NCBI GenBank assembly: GCA_011364965.1
Contig: RDOB01000002.1
Coordinates: 403,317 to 467,316 of the forward strand
Direction of reading: 5' to 3'
DNA length: 64,000 nt
Origin: Candidatus Heimdallarchaeota archaeon
GTDB lineage: Archaea; Asgardarchaeota; Heimdallarchaeia; Hodarchaeales; Hodarchaeaceae
Shown: positions 48,840-58,002 of the stretch, piece after piece
How positions within the stretch are numbered: the stretch's first letter is position 1
How the letters are laid out: every line of letters begins with the position of its first letter
The notes under the pieces: generated by a model
Seen by the model: the letters and a program-made list of their open reading frames with translations, nothing else
The model's database searches: none
What the model was told of the DNA's origin: nothing
Translations under genes and position numbers: made by a program

Positions 48840-50438
48840 ATGAATAATAATGAAGAAGAAATATTAATGCGCCAGAGTAAGTGGAGCGGTCGTAGAGTCA
48901 TATTACTCTACTGGTTAGCAATTGTTTTCGTTGGGACAAGCACTGCTGCAGGTCTTGGTGTAACAATTCTCAAGCCGACATATAAAATAGCAGCAGAAGA
49001 TCCTCATGCCGGAATTACAGAACCCTGGTATCCAGAAGATTGCATTGCTTGCCACCCTGACGAAGTTGCAGGCTGGAACACCACTTGGCACGCGCAAATA
49101 GTCGGAGAATATGATCCGTTAGATCCGTTATTGAACGGAAGTAAGGTATCATTTAATAGTACACATTATTGGCGAACTCCAAATACATTACCACCACCAT
49201 CAACCATTACATATTGGACTTACAATCAGCTATTCAACGCCTCTGGACAACAGTGCTGTATGACAACACGATGGTACAATGTTACTCTTATAAACGCGAC
49301 CACTGGAGAAGTCTTATATTTCAATACTACTCTATCTGCTGAACTTGGAGGCTATACAAGCAACATTTGGGACATTGGCGTTTCTTGTGCAGCATGTCAT
49401 CCGAACCCTGGAGAAATCAGTCTGAGTCATACCTATTGTGCAAGTTGTCACTTAGCTGGTGGAAATCAAGGGTTACACTATACGCGAAGTGGTCACTATA
49501 ACGCTCTAAACGACCTATTGGCGAGTACTGATCTCACGACACAAGTATTATTGCATTATACTGGATACTGGTATTATATTGGTCAGAGTACTTACATGCA
49601 AGTTAGCGATCTTGAAACAGGTGAATATTATCGCATTACTTGCGTTACTTGTCATGATCCACACGATTCAACAGTTAATGCAGGTGATGTGTCAAATAAA
49701 ATGAGTCCATGGACAAACCCTTATACAGGAGAAACCTTTGGACCAGGTGGAAGCCAACTACGAGCAGCTACTGTCAATGAACTCTGTGGTATTTGTCATC
49801 ATATCAATCTCAATACTAGTACAGGAGCATTCCTAGATCCAAGCAATCATACTGCATTAAGCTGTACTAATTGTCACGGTTACTCGTACACTCCAGCTAC
49901 CAATACGACTGGTGCACTAGTTCACAGTTGGGTATTTGGTGGACCCGAACCCGGAGATGCTTGTGGTGTATGCCATTATGAAAATGCTTCCACTGTTTAT
50001 GCTCAGATGCTTGCATATCTAGACCAATTTGGTGATGTTGCCACTTTGAGAGCTGAATATGAAACTAAGTTAGCAGCTGCCGAATTAGCATACAACACAG
50101 CTAATACAACAGAAGGAGCTGATGCTGCGAAGCTAGCTAACGCTTATGCTTTGATTGAAGAAGCTAAAGAATTAGCTGAACGTTCTGCTCTAACTTTCCA
50201 CAATCCTGAATTAGGTACAGCTGTTGAGGAATCGCAGTTATCGCTAGCATTAACAAAACTAGATGAAGCAACAACAGAAGCTTTGGAAGCTCTTCCAACT
50301 ACGACCACAACTACGACCACAACTACAACTGCTGCAACCACCACCACCACTACTACTGCTGCAACATCCGCAATTGGTTTAGTTGCTGTAATGAGCATCT
50401 TAAGTGTTGTAATAGTATTCCGAAGGAAACGACGTTAG
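48840..50438 (+). CDS. Membrane-tethered multiheme c-type cytochrome (seven CxxCH)
   Basis: Heme-binding motifs CIACH, CAACH, CASCH, CVTCH, CGICH, CTNCH and CGVCH. N-terminal hydrophobic helix, helical Ala/Glu-rich stalk, poly-Thr linker, C-terminal TM helix and RRKRR. Confidence 0.85.
   Translation: MNNNEEEILMRQSKWSGRRVILLYWLAIVFVGTSTAAGLGVTILKPTYKIAAEDPHAGITEPWYPEDCIACHPDEVAGWNTTWHAQIVGEYDPLDPLLNGSKVSFNSTHYWRTPNTLPPPSTITYWTYNQLFNASGQQCCMTTRWYNVTLINATTGEVLYFNTTLSAELGGYTSNIWDIGVSCAACHPNPGEISLSHTYCASCHLAGGNQGLHYTRSGHYNALNDLLASTDLTTQVLLHYTGYWYYIGQSTYMQVSDLETGEYYRITCVTCHDPHDSTVNAGDVSNKMSPWTNPYTGETFGPGGSQLRAATVNELCGICHHINLNTSTGAFLDPSNHTALSCTNCHGYSYTPATNTTGALVHSWVFGGPEPGDACGVCHYENASTVYAQMLAYLDQFGDVATLRAEYETKLAAAELAYNTANTTEGADAAKLANAYALIEEAKELAERSALTFHNPELGTAVEESQLSLALTKLDEATTEALEALPTTTTTTTTTTTAATTTTTTTAATSAIGLVAVMSILSVVIVFRRKRR
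50298..50367 (+). repeat. Thr-codon (ACN) low-complexity tract with a perfect 12-nt tandem duplication
   Basis: ACTACGACCACA occurs twice (50298-50309 and 50310-50321), followed by ACC/ACT runs. The tract encodes the TTTTTTTTTTAATTTTTTTAAT linker. Confidence 0.6.
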
Positions 50439-50474
50439 CTAGATTGGCGTATATCAAATCGATATCCTTAAGCA

Positions 50475-50510
50475 AGAACAGCAGATCTCTGCTGTTCTAT
50501 TGCTTTTTTT
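50475..50510 (+). terminator. Hairpin plus T-run terminator candidate after the cytochrome gene
   Basis: A perfect 10-bp stem pairs AGAACAGCAG (50475-50484) with CTGCTGTTCT (50489-50498). The loop is 4 nt, and T7 follows at 50504-50510. Confidence 0.55.
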
Positions 50511-50721
50511 ATCTGTCGTGATCAAAATTTATCTTGGTTCGGTATTTGCTTTTTGAAGAACCAATAATGATGTCAGTTAAGTCACTCATATTATTTTTTT
50601 CCCAATAAATTCCAATAAATTAATTAATATCACCGTTTAAAACAAATATGGTTAATAAACAATATAATAAGTTCCATATTATTGCAGGTGAGTAGTATTC
50701 AATAAAGAGATGGATTGAATC

Positions 50722-52926
50722 ATGATTCACACTATCGTAAAACATTTAGAAGTTAAAAGACCTATAAAATATTCCTTTCTTGCGTTAATATTAATCACTT
50801 TTTTTTTAGTAAATAATGCACATATTTTACCACAGCAATTTCTAAATGAAAATCTACCTAACCAGAAAAATTATAAGATAAACGTTGAAACAGAGCAAAA
50901 AAATTTTGAAGATCTTTGTTTAAGTAGACTAACTCGAGCAAGTGATTCTGATGTAATTTTTCCTACCTTTCTTTATCTCTCGATCGAAATTGCAAATCTT
51001 CTTATTGAGAATTTATATGATAATGTATCGAATGGATTCTATTTTTCTATTGATGAAGAATGGCGAGAGGTTACTATTAATTCTGAAAAACGAACCTATG
51101 ATAATGCTCAAGCAATATTAGGGTTGTTAAAACTTGCTGAAGCTGTTATTAATCAGACTGAAAGTGATTTTGCGCTAAATATTGCGGAAAGTACAGCTAA
51201 TGGCTTACTTAATAATTTATGGGATCCAGATTTTGACGGTTTCTTTATTAGTCCATCAGATAGATATAAAAAGCCAGGGATTCATGGAAAAGCCATTCAA
51301 GCTTTTTTAGCATTATATGAGGAAACAGGAATCTCTTCTTATCGTGAAACAGCAATTGATACATTGAATTTTATTGATAGAGTAGCTTGGAATGACTCTG
51401 AAGGTTATTATATTTATGTGACATCACACACTGGGTTACCTCTGATCGTGAATCCATATCAAGGGGATCCATATGAACCCCAATCTCTCCGAGTAGATCA
51501 TAATTCAATCATGGGAATTGCATTGCTCGATTTTTATCGTATAGATACCAATTCAACATATTTAACAAAAGCCTGCCGGATCTATGATATTATTAATGAA
51601 ACATGTAGGAATAGCACTACGAATTTATTTTATACAGGTGTGGATAGTCACCATGAAATAGTTTATCCAGAGGCGTCAGACCTCTTCATTAATTCTCTTG
51701 TTCTGGAATTTCTAGCTCAACTCTACAATGTAACAGAGGATCAGAAGTATTATGAGGACTTTTTTATTTTATTGAATACTGTATTACTCAATTTCTGGGA
51801 TAATGATTATGGAGGTTTCATATCTACACGTTCTTCGGGTAATTTTAGCTCCGATGATAGAACTAAATTTACAGAAAGGCAATTTTACGGAATTGAAGCA
51901 CTTGATAAAGCTTATAAGCTCACAAATAACGATCTATATTATAATCTTATTTTAGATACGATCGAAATTCTCAATACAAATCTTTATGACCAAATTAATG
52001 GTGGATACTACCAATTAGCAAATCCAGACGGATCCCAAAGCGGTGATGCAACGTGGAAAATGAAAGTAACTGTTACTCAATCATTAGGTATTTATACATT
52101 AGCAAATATCTGGTTGTATAGCAAACCAAGTGCCCTAAATGTTATTTGGTCACCAACTACTCCACGTCCCCAAGATAAAGTTTCTCTATTAATTGCAGCT
52201 TTTGATCCAGTAGGTATTTCAACAGTCTTTCTGAATTACTCTATTGATGGAAGTAATTTTAAATTATTAGAAATGGTTCCACATCTCGTTAAAAACATGT
52301 TTATATGTAATATTGACCCTCCATATAAAGATGGAACATCTATAAACTTTAATATTATTATTACCAACGCCAATGATGAACAAGTTATTAGAGGTGATTA
52401 CTCCTTCCTCTGGCAATTTGATAGATGGCCTCCTGAGGTTCAAGTGCTTGGATTTTTACCTGGAATAGAAATACCAGTAAACGAAGAATTTACAATTATT
52501 GTTACTGCAAATGATATCCCCTCTCAAGGAAGTGTTAGATATGTTCGTATCCATTATTATCTTACTGAACGCGACGTTAAAAACGTACTTCTTAACCAAT
52601 TTGACGTACATTTATGGAAAATAACCTTTCCTGAGGGGCTTCCTATACCCGGAACTTATACCTATTATTTCGAGTCATCAGATTTAGAATGGAACCCTAG
52701 TTTTAGCCATGTAGATACCTTTACTATTTTAGGAAGCTTAGAGGTTCCGTTCCCTCTATCACAAGTTGTATTTTTCTTACTTTTTATCGGTGTATTTGTC
52801 CCTACTGGATTGTATTCCTATGTTGAATATAAGAAAAAGAGTGCACGGAAGAAATTAAAGGTTATACGTGAAGTTCGTAACAAGAAAATGAGAAGATTGA
52901 ATAAGCGTGGTACGAAAAGAACTTAA
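50722..52926 (+). CDS. Membrane-anchored protein with a probable (alpha/alpha)6-barrel (AGE/DUF255-like) domain, Ig-like domains and a C-terminal TM anchor
   Basis: N-terminal helix FLALILITFFLV. Repeated helical-hairpin motifs (YDNAQAILGLLKLAEA, GKAIQAFLALYEETG, NSIMGIALLDFY, NSLVLEFLAQLYN, QFYGIEALDKAYKLT). C-terminal VVFFLLFIGVFVPTGLYSYV plus a Lys/Arg-rich tail. Confidence 0.5.
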   Translation: MIHTIVKHLEVKRPIKYSFLALILITFFLVNNAHILPQQFLNENLPNQKNYKINVETEQKNFEDLCLSRLTRASDSDVIFPTFLYLSIEIANLLIENLYDNVSNGFYFSIDEEWREVTINSEKRTYDNAQAILGLLKLAEAVINQTESDFALNIAESTANGLLNNLWDPDFDGFFISPSDRYKKPGIHGKAIQAFLALYEETGISSYRETAIDTLNFIDRVAWNDSEGYYIYVTSHTGLPLIVNPYQGDPYEPQSLRVDHNSIMGIALLDFYRIDTNSTYLTKACRIYDIINETCRNSTTNLFYTGVDSHHEIVYPEASDLFINSLVLEFLAQLYNVTEDQKYYEDFFILLNTVLLNFWDNDYGGFISTRSSGNFSSDDRTKFTERQFYGIEALDKAYKLTNNDLYYNLILDTIEILNTNLYDQINGGYYQLANPDGSQSGDATWKMKVTVTQSLGIYTLANIWLYSKPSALNVIWSPTTPRPQDKVSLLIAAFDPVGISTVFLNYSIDGSNFKLLEMVPHLVKNMFICNIDPPYKDGTSINFNIIITNANDEQVIRGDYSFLWQFDRWPPEVQVLGFLPGIEIPVNEEFTIIVTANDIPSQGSVRYVRIHYYLTERDVKNVLLNQFDVHLWKITFPEGLPIPGTYTYYFESSDLEWNPSFSHVDTFTILGSLEVPFPLSQVVFFLLFIGVFVPTGLYSYVEYKKKSARKKLKVIREVRNKKMRRLNKRGTKRT

Positions 52927-52945
52927 GTAATAAGGAGATAATGAC

Positions 52946-55156
52946 GTGTTTTACATTGGTTTTGGAATAGATTTAGGAGCAATTATTCTTATTGTAGCAT
53001 TTCTAGCTTTATTATTGGATGCATTTTTTGTATTAGCCGGGAAATACCTAGAGAAGTGGGAGATTTATTCGGAAATTAGTCTGTTGATAGGAGCTTCAGC
53101 ACTCCTCATTTCTTTTTTCTATTTTGCTTTTTTAATTGTAACCACAGATTTCAATTTTTATTTTGTAAGCGAATATGTGAATAGCAGAATGGATTTTTTC
53201 CTCCGATTGTCAACAATTTGGAGTAGTCAACCTGGGAGTTATTTCTTTTGGGCATTTTTAATTTCTATTATCTATTTCAGCTTTCGAATACTCTTTAGAC
53301 AATTCGCACATGAAGCCATTTTTTGGCGTAGCTTCGTCTTAGCTGCCCTCCACTTAGCTTTACTTGTTTTTTTAACAATAATTAATGATCCTTTTAAATT
53401 AAATAAGGAAGTACCTTTAGATGGACTTGGATTGAATCCTTTATTGATGAATATCTGGAATGTAATTCATCCACCAATTATTTTCATAAGTTATGCTCTT
53501 TGTTTGCTCCCTATGGTTATTGCGATCGCTAGGCTTTCCGTTCTTGAAGATGGTAAAGTACCAGAATTTGAAGGTAAAGAAAAACTTGATGGATTCTTTG
53601 ATTTCACAGTCTCGTTAGCTTGGCTTGCTTTGAGTATAGGTATTATTCTTGGGGCCTATTGGGCCTATATCACTCTTGGTTGGGGAGGATTCTGGGCTTG
53701 GGATCCTGTTGAGACTGCTTCATTAATACCTTGGCTTTTCATAACTTTTTATTTCCATGGCAAACCATTTTTCCGGAAAAAAGATTTTCTAAGCAATTAT
53801 TTAGTAAGTATGGGTTATATTGGAACCTTATTTACTACCTACTTAACACGAAGTGGTGTGGTATCAAGTGTCCATGCTTTTGTACCTAGTGGTACTCTAG
53901 AAAAGATTCTATCTATGTTTATTCCTAAAGATTTCTTCTTAATGAGTATTATTCTCAGAATCATCCCAGACGAAAAGGTACTTTTCATCTTTGGAGGTGT
54001 AATGATAACGTTCCTTCTTCCTCTTATTCTAGGAATTAAAAATAGAGAAATTTTTAGAATCCCAATTGAGTTGAGTAAAGAGGACTTTACAGCTTCCCGT
54101 CATCAGACAACCGCATTAAAAATATCTTTTATATCAGGTTTAATAGGTACTTATATAATCCTATTAGGATTAATAGCACCAGTGATTTATGACCTTTTAG
54201 GTTATATAATTACTTTGAGTTCGAAGGGAATCTCTCCAAGCATTACTATAAGCCAACCTTTCTACAATACTGTAATCACCATTTTTGGCGGGGTTATGTT
54301 AATTGCTCAGTTTTTCTGTACATTTTATCCAAAGATCGCTATTAGACGAAAGTTTCAATTATTAATAGGTGGAGTTGTTGCAGGGATTTTATTTGCAATT
54401 AGTGGCATTCTATATCATAATGGTGTTCTTGCGTCAATGTTAGGGGGAAATAATCCAATTATTACCATTTTAGGTGAATTTTGGACAACTAGTATCAAAG
54501 CTAATTTAGTATTACCTCTCATGTTTCTAGGGATAGTAGGATTAATTATAGAATTTATAAATATAATATTAAAAGATGAAAAAAACCTTCTTCGAAAATC
54601 ATCTCAAACAATGTTGCATTTATCTTTCTTAATAATTCTTGTTGGCGCATTAGTTGCTGCCAACACATCTTTTACAACAAATATAACAGTTCAAAATGGT
54701 ACAGATATGGAAATATCTGGGACAACATTGAGGATCGAAGTTATAAATCTTAGAAAAACAGTACCAGAGTCTGGTTTACATGCCATAGATTATGATACAG
54801 AGTTCATTATCTCTTCAGGAGGTCGTGTATTGGGATATGGTATTAGTAGACTCTATGTGGATCATTTTAATCGTGTAGGGCATCAAGTGACAATAATTAG
54901 TAGTTTTCTTAGTGACATTTACATCATAACAATGAATGTTGCAGAGAATCCCATATATGGGACGTTCGATTTTTCTGCTCTTCAGATAAAAATTATTCCA
55001 TATGTAAATTTACTTTGGATTGGGTGTTTCTTGCTTATCTTTGCGATTTTTCCTTTAACAATTGGCAAGTTTCTTTCCCTGAAGGAGATTTTCAAAATTG
55101 AGGAAGAAATAACCGATGAGACTTTAAATAAAGGTGATAAGGATGATCAAAACTAG
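52946..55156 (+). CDS. ccmF: Cytochrome c-type biogenesis protein CcmF (heme lyase component)
   Basis: WWD-type motif WGGFWAWDPVETASLIPWL. Polytopic, 736 aa. AAGGAG lies upstream of the GTG start. Confidence 0.85.
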   Translation: MFYIGFGIDLGAIILIVAFLALLLDAFFVLAGKYLEKWEIYSEISLLIGASALLISFFYFAFLIVTTDFNFYFVSEYVNSRMDFFLRLSTIWSSQPGSYFFWAFLISIIYFSFRILFRQFAHEAIFWRSFVLAALHLALLVFLTIINDPFKLNKEVPLDGLGLNPLLMNIWNVIHPPIIFISYALCLLPMVIAIARLSVLEDGKVPEFEGKEKLDGFFDFTVSLAWLALSIGIILGAYWAYITLGWGGFWAWDPVETASLIPWLFITFYFHGKPFFRKKDFLSNYLVSMGYIGTLFTTYLTRSGVVSSVHAFVPSGTLEKILSMFIPKDFFLMSIILRIIPDEKVLFIFGGVMITFLLPLILGIKNREIFRIPIELSKEDFTASRHQTTALKISFISGLIGTYIILLGLIAPVIYDLLGYIITLSSKGISPSITISQPFYNTVITIFGGVMLIAQFFCTFYPKIAIRRKFQLLIGGVVAGILFAISGILYHNGVLASMLGGNNPIITILGEFWTTSIKANLVLPLMFLGIVGLIIEFINIILKDEKNLLRKSSQTMLHLSFLIILVGALVAANTSFTTNITVQNGTDMEISGTTLRIEVINLRKTVPESGLHAIDYDTEFIISSGGRVLGYGISRLYVDHFNRVGHQVTIISSFLSDIYIITMNVAENPIYGTFDFSALQIKIIPYVNLLWIGCFLLIFAIFPLTIGKFLSLKEIFKIEEEITDETLNKGDKDDQN

Positions 55157-55565
55157 AAATTTGCTTATCTCTGGATTGATTATTTCTGTATGTGTATTCG
55201 CATTATTTTTTCTGTTATTCAATACTTCTATCCCAATATTTACTGTGAAAGAGTTAATAGACCATCCTAGACCTGAATCATTATTAAATCATAAAATTCA
55301 ATTAATAGGTATTGTGGGAACAATAGATACTTCAGGATTTTTACTATACGATCCTGAAGATCAAACTAATGCAACTTTGATTATTTACATTGAAGCTATA
55401 AATGTTACTAAACCCGGAGGATTCGTGATCGGAAAAACCATTCTTGTTGAAGGACAACTAACATCTATTTCTGGGGTATGGACTTTAAAGGCCTCTATGA
55501 TCAGTACTAAATGTCCCTCAAAATATGATGGAGGAGCTGAAATAGGAGAAGAAATTGATGGCTAG
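55134..55565 (+). CDS. ccmE: Heme chaperone CcmE, variant type with a CXXXY heme-binding motif
   Basis: N-terminal TM anchor, an OB-fold-sized domain, and the C-terminal STKCPSKYDG motif in place of the canonical HxxxY. Confidence 0.75.
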   Translation: MIRMIKTRNLLISGLIISVCVFALFFLLFNTSIPIFTVKELIDHPRPESLLNHKIQLIGIVGTIDTSGFLLYDPEDQTNATLIIYIEAINVTKPGGFVIGKTILVEGQLTSISGVWTLKASMISTKCPSKYDGGAEIGEEIDG

Positions 55566-56238
55566 TAGATTAAAAGAAAATCCATTTTGGATATTTTTGC
55601 TTTTTCTATCGTGTTTAATGATTATAAACTTCTTTTTAGTATATATCTCGATAAAATCATTTCAAGGATTTACTGTATCAGGACGTCCAATCTTTTACAT
55701 GGTTTCTTTTGCTTTTTCTACATATGTTTGTTTTGGAATTGTATTATTAAGTAGCATTCTTTATTTGTGGAAAAAAAGTTTTCTTTTTGATCTTTTAGTT
55801 GTTGCTGGAGCACAAGTGGGTGTAGTTACGGGAGCTATAACAATTTTAGTAGGAATGATTTGGTCATATGTCGAATGGGGGTACTTCTGGCAATGGGAGC
55901 CAAGACAAACAACAACGTTAATAATGTGGATGGCTTATATAGGATTACTTATATTTCGTGAGATGCTTGATGAAAATTATCCTGAAAAACGAGGGACATT
56001 AACATCAATATTTGGAATTGTAAGCTTTCCATCTGTACCTTTATCAAACTACGTGGTTGGTGCTTTACACCCTCCTCCACAACAAACAACATTAGAAGAA
56101 GGATTAGGAATGCTTTTAATGTTGAATTTTCTTTTAATTGGTGCAATTTGCGTATTACTGGTATATCTAACCTATAGGACAAATGAAATAGACTTTAAAC
56201 TTAAAAAAATTCGAAAAATAAAAATGGAGGCGTTTTAA
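55558..56238 (+). CDS. ccmC: Heme exporter protein CcmC
   Basis: WWD motif WGYFWQWEPRQTTTL. Six TM helices. The start overlaps the ccmE stop. Confidence 0.85.
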   Translation: MASRLKENPFWIFLLFLSCLMIINFFLVYISIKSFQGFTVSGRPIFYMVSFAFSTYVCFGIVLLSSILYLWKKSFLFDLLVVAGAQVGVVTGAITILVGMIWSYVEWGYFWQWEPRQTTTLIMWMAYIGLLIFREMLDENYPEKRGTLTSIFGIVSFPSVPLSNYVVGALHPPPQQTTLEEGLGMLLMLNFLLIGAICVLLVYLTYRTNEIDFKLKKIRKIKMEAF

Positions 56239-56270
56239 TAATTTTTTTTAAATAGCAAGGAGTTGTTATT

Positions 56271-56426
56271 ATGGCAAATTTCATTGATGAACTATTAGGA
56301 TCTGAATTAAACTTGATGTTTTTTATCTCAATAACTGTTTGGATAATATTATTTTTATATCTATATTATATACACAATAAGTTAGGATCACTGAAAAAAG
56401 AATTAAGCAGTTTGAAAGATGATTGA
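56271..56426 (+). CDS. CcmD-like small single-TM protein, 51 aa. Not in the supplied track.
   Basis: My own translation: MANFIDELLGSELNLMFFISITVWIILFLYLYYIHNKLGSLKKELSSLKDD. AAGGAG lies 8 nt upstream. It has one TM helix followed by a charged tail, as in CcmD. Confidence 0.45.
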   Translation: MANFIDELLGSELNLMFFISITVWIILFLYLYYIHNKLGSLKKELSSLKDD

Positions 56427-56507
56427 TAGAGGAATTTTAAGTTATTTATTAACATATAGTATTTAATTAACTATTTACTGAGAACACAGAGGAGATGATT
56501 ATAAACT

Positions 56508-57209
56508 TTGAATACTCCTCCCAGACCTGTCGTTAGACTCACTAATATTTCGAAAACATATGGTTTCGTTCAAGCCTTGAAAAATATAAACTTAGATATC
56601 AATCAAGGGGAAATTGTAGGTTTGGTGGGAAATAATGGAGCTGGGAAGAGCACACTTCTGAAAATAATTGCTCTACTAGTAAAACCCGCAGAAGGAATAA
56701 TTGAGCTTTTTAATAGGCAAGTTGATGACGAGATTCACTCTTTCAAGAAGAATTTAGGGATCCTGTTAAATTCTCCTTTTTTTTATGAGGATTTAACTGG
56801 TCGTGAAAATTTTCATTTTTTCCTGCGAATGAAAAAACAAGTAAAGCATCCCCAAAAAGTAGTTCAGGATATTATTGATCAATATGGATTGAAATTATTC
56901 ATAGACCGTCCTTATTACGAGTTATCAACTGGGATGATGAAAAAATTGGAGATTTTAAGAACTATATCCCCAGATTTTCCTTTACTACTTCTTTTAGATG
57001 AACCCTTTAGCGGATTAGATACTGAAAATAAGAAATTCCTCTCAAATTTAATTACCAATAAAGGATCAAAAAATACTGTGATTCTTTGTTCACATGATTT
57101 TAACATCGTAAATAACCTTTGTAGTAAAATTGTATTACTTGAAAGAGGGAAAATTAAGAAAATTTTCATGCCAACAGAATATAATCACCTTCTAGCTCAT
57201 TTTACTTAA
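56508..57209 (+). CDS. ccmA: Heme-export ABC ATPase CcmA
   Basis: Walker A GNNGAGKSTLLK, degenerate signature LSTGMMKKLE, Walker B LLLLDEPFSGLD. The call is supported by its position within the ccm cluster. Confidence 0.75.
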   Translation: MNTPPRPVVRLTNISKTYGFVQALKNINLDINQGEIVGLVGNNGAGKSTLLKIIALLVKPAEGIIELFNRQVDDEIHSFKKNLGILLNSPFFYEDLTGRENFHFFLRMKKQVKHPQKVVQDIIDQYGLKLFIDRPYYELSTGMMKKLEILRTISPDFPLLLLLDEPFSGLDTENKKFLSNLITNKGSKNTVILCSHDFNIVNNLCSKIVLLERGKIKKIFMPTEYNHLLAHFT

Positions 57210-57230
57210 TTTTGAGAGGGAAAAACGAAT

Positions 57231-57911
57231 ATGATAAGTGATATATTGATTTTAGTCCGAAAAGATGTGTTATTAGAATTTAGAAAAAGAGAAACCATTT
57301 ATTCGATGGGTTTATTTACCTTTTCTTCAATCCTAATTTTTTCTGCTTTATTAAATTTTATAGATGCTCCTTTAGAAACAAAAAATGGAATATCCATTAC
57401 TTGTCTATTATTTATTATAACTTTCTCTGTGATGCTTGGACTTACTTCAATATTCTCTCGCGAAATTAAGAATAATTCGATTTATCGTCTCCTTTCATTA
57501 TCTATTAAACCTCAAGTAATATTTTTGTCGAAATTTGTATATTTATTTTTAATGACAGGTTTTATTGAGATCTTTGCTTTTATTTTAGCAATTATATTTT
57601 TAAAAATAGACTTTCAAGTTAATATTTTAGTATATTTCATTTTTCTGACGATAGGTACCTTAGATCTAACTATTGCAGGATGTATTGTAGCTTTTTTGAC
57701 ATTATATGCTAAATCAAAATCATTAGCTGTTCCTATCTTATTCTTTCCTTTGGTCCTTCCATCAGTTCTTATTGAAACACAGGTTTCGTTGAATATGGTT
57801 TTAATGAATGATATAAATTATATGATAACAAATTTATTGATTCTTTTTTTTCATGGAGTAATAATACTTGCTTTCGTATTACTGGTAGCTGAAGAGCTTA
57901 TTCAAGACTAA
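57231..57911 (+). CDS. ccmB: Heme exporter membrane protein CcmB
   Basis: Six TM helices. It is collinear with E. coli CcmB as I recall it (RKDVLLEFRKRETI; FSREIKNNSIYRLLSLSIKPQVIFLSKFV; FFPLVLPSVLI). Confidence 0.7.
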   Translation: MISDILILVRKDVLLEFRKRETIYSMGLFTFSSILIFSALLNFIDAPLETKNGISITCLLFIITFSVMLGLTSIFSREIKNNSIYRLLSLSIKPQVIFLSKFVYLFLMTGFIEIFAFILAIIFLKIDFQVNILVYFIFLTIGTLDLTIAGCIVAFLTLYAKSKSLAVPILFFPLVLPSVLIETQVSLNMVLMNDINYMITNLLILFFHGVIILAFVLLVAEELIQD

Positions 57912-58002
57912 ATATATCTAAATTACTAAATAAGTATTTATTATTTCAATTGATACTATATTAATGGAAAAAAGGAAAAAAGAAAATTAGGAGAGTTCTG
58001 AA

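Noticed and set aside
50144-50398. Minus-strand ORF with poly-Val runs
   Set aside because: It is simply the antisense reading of the poly-Thr (ACN) tract of the cytochrome gene.
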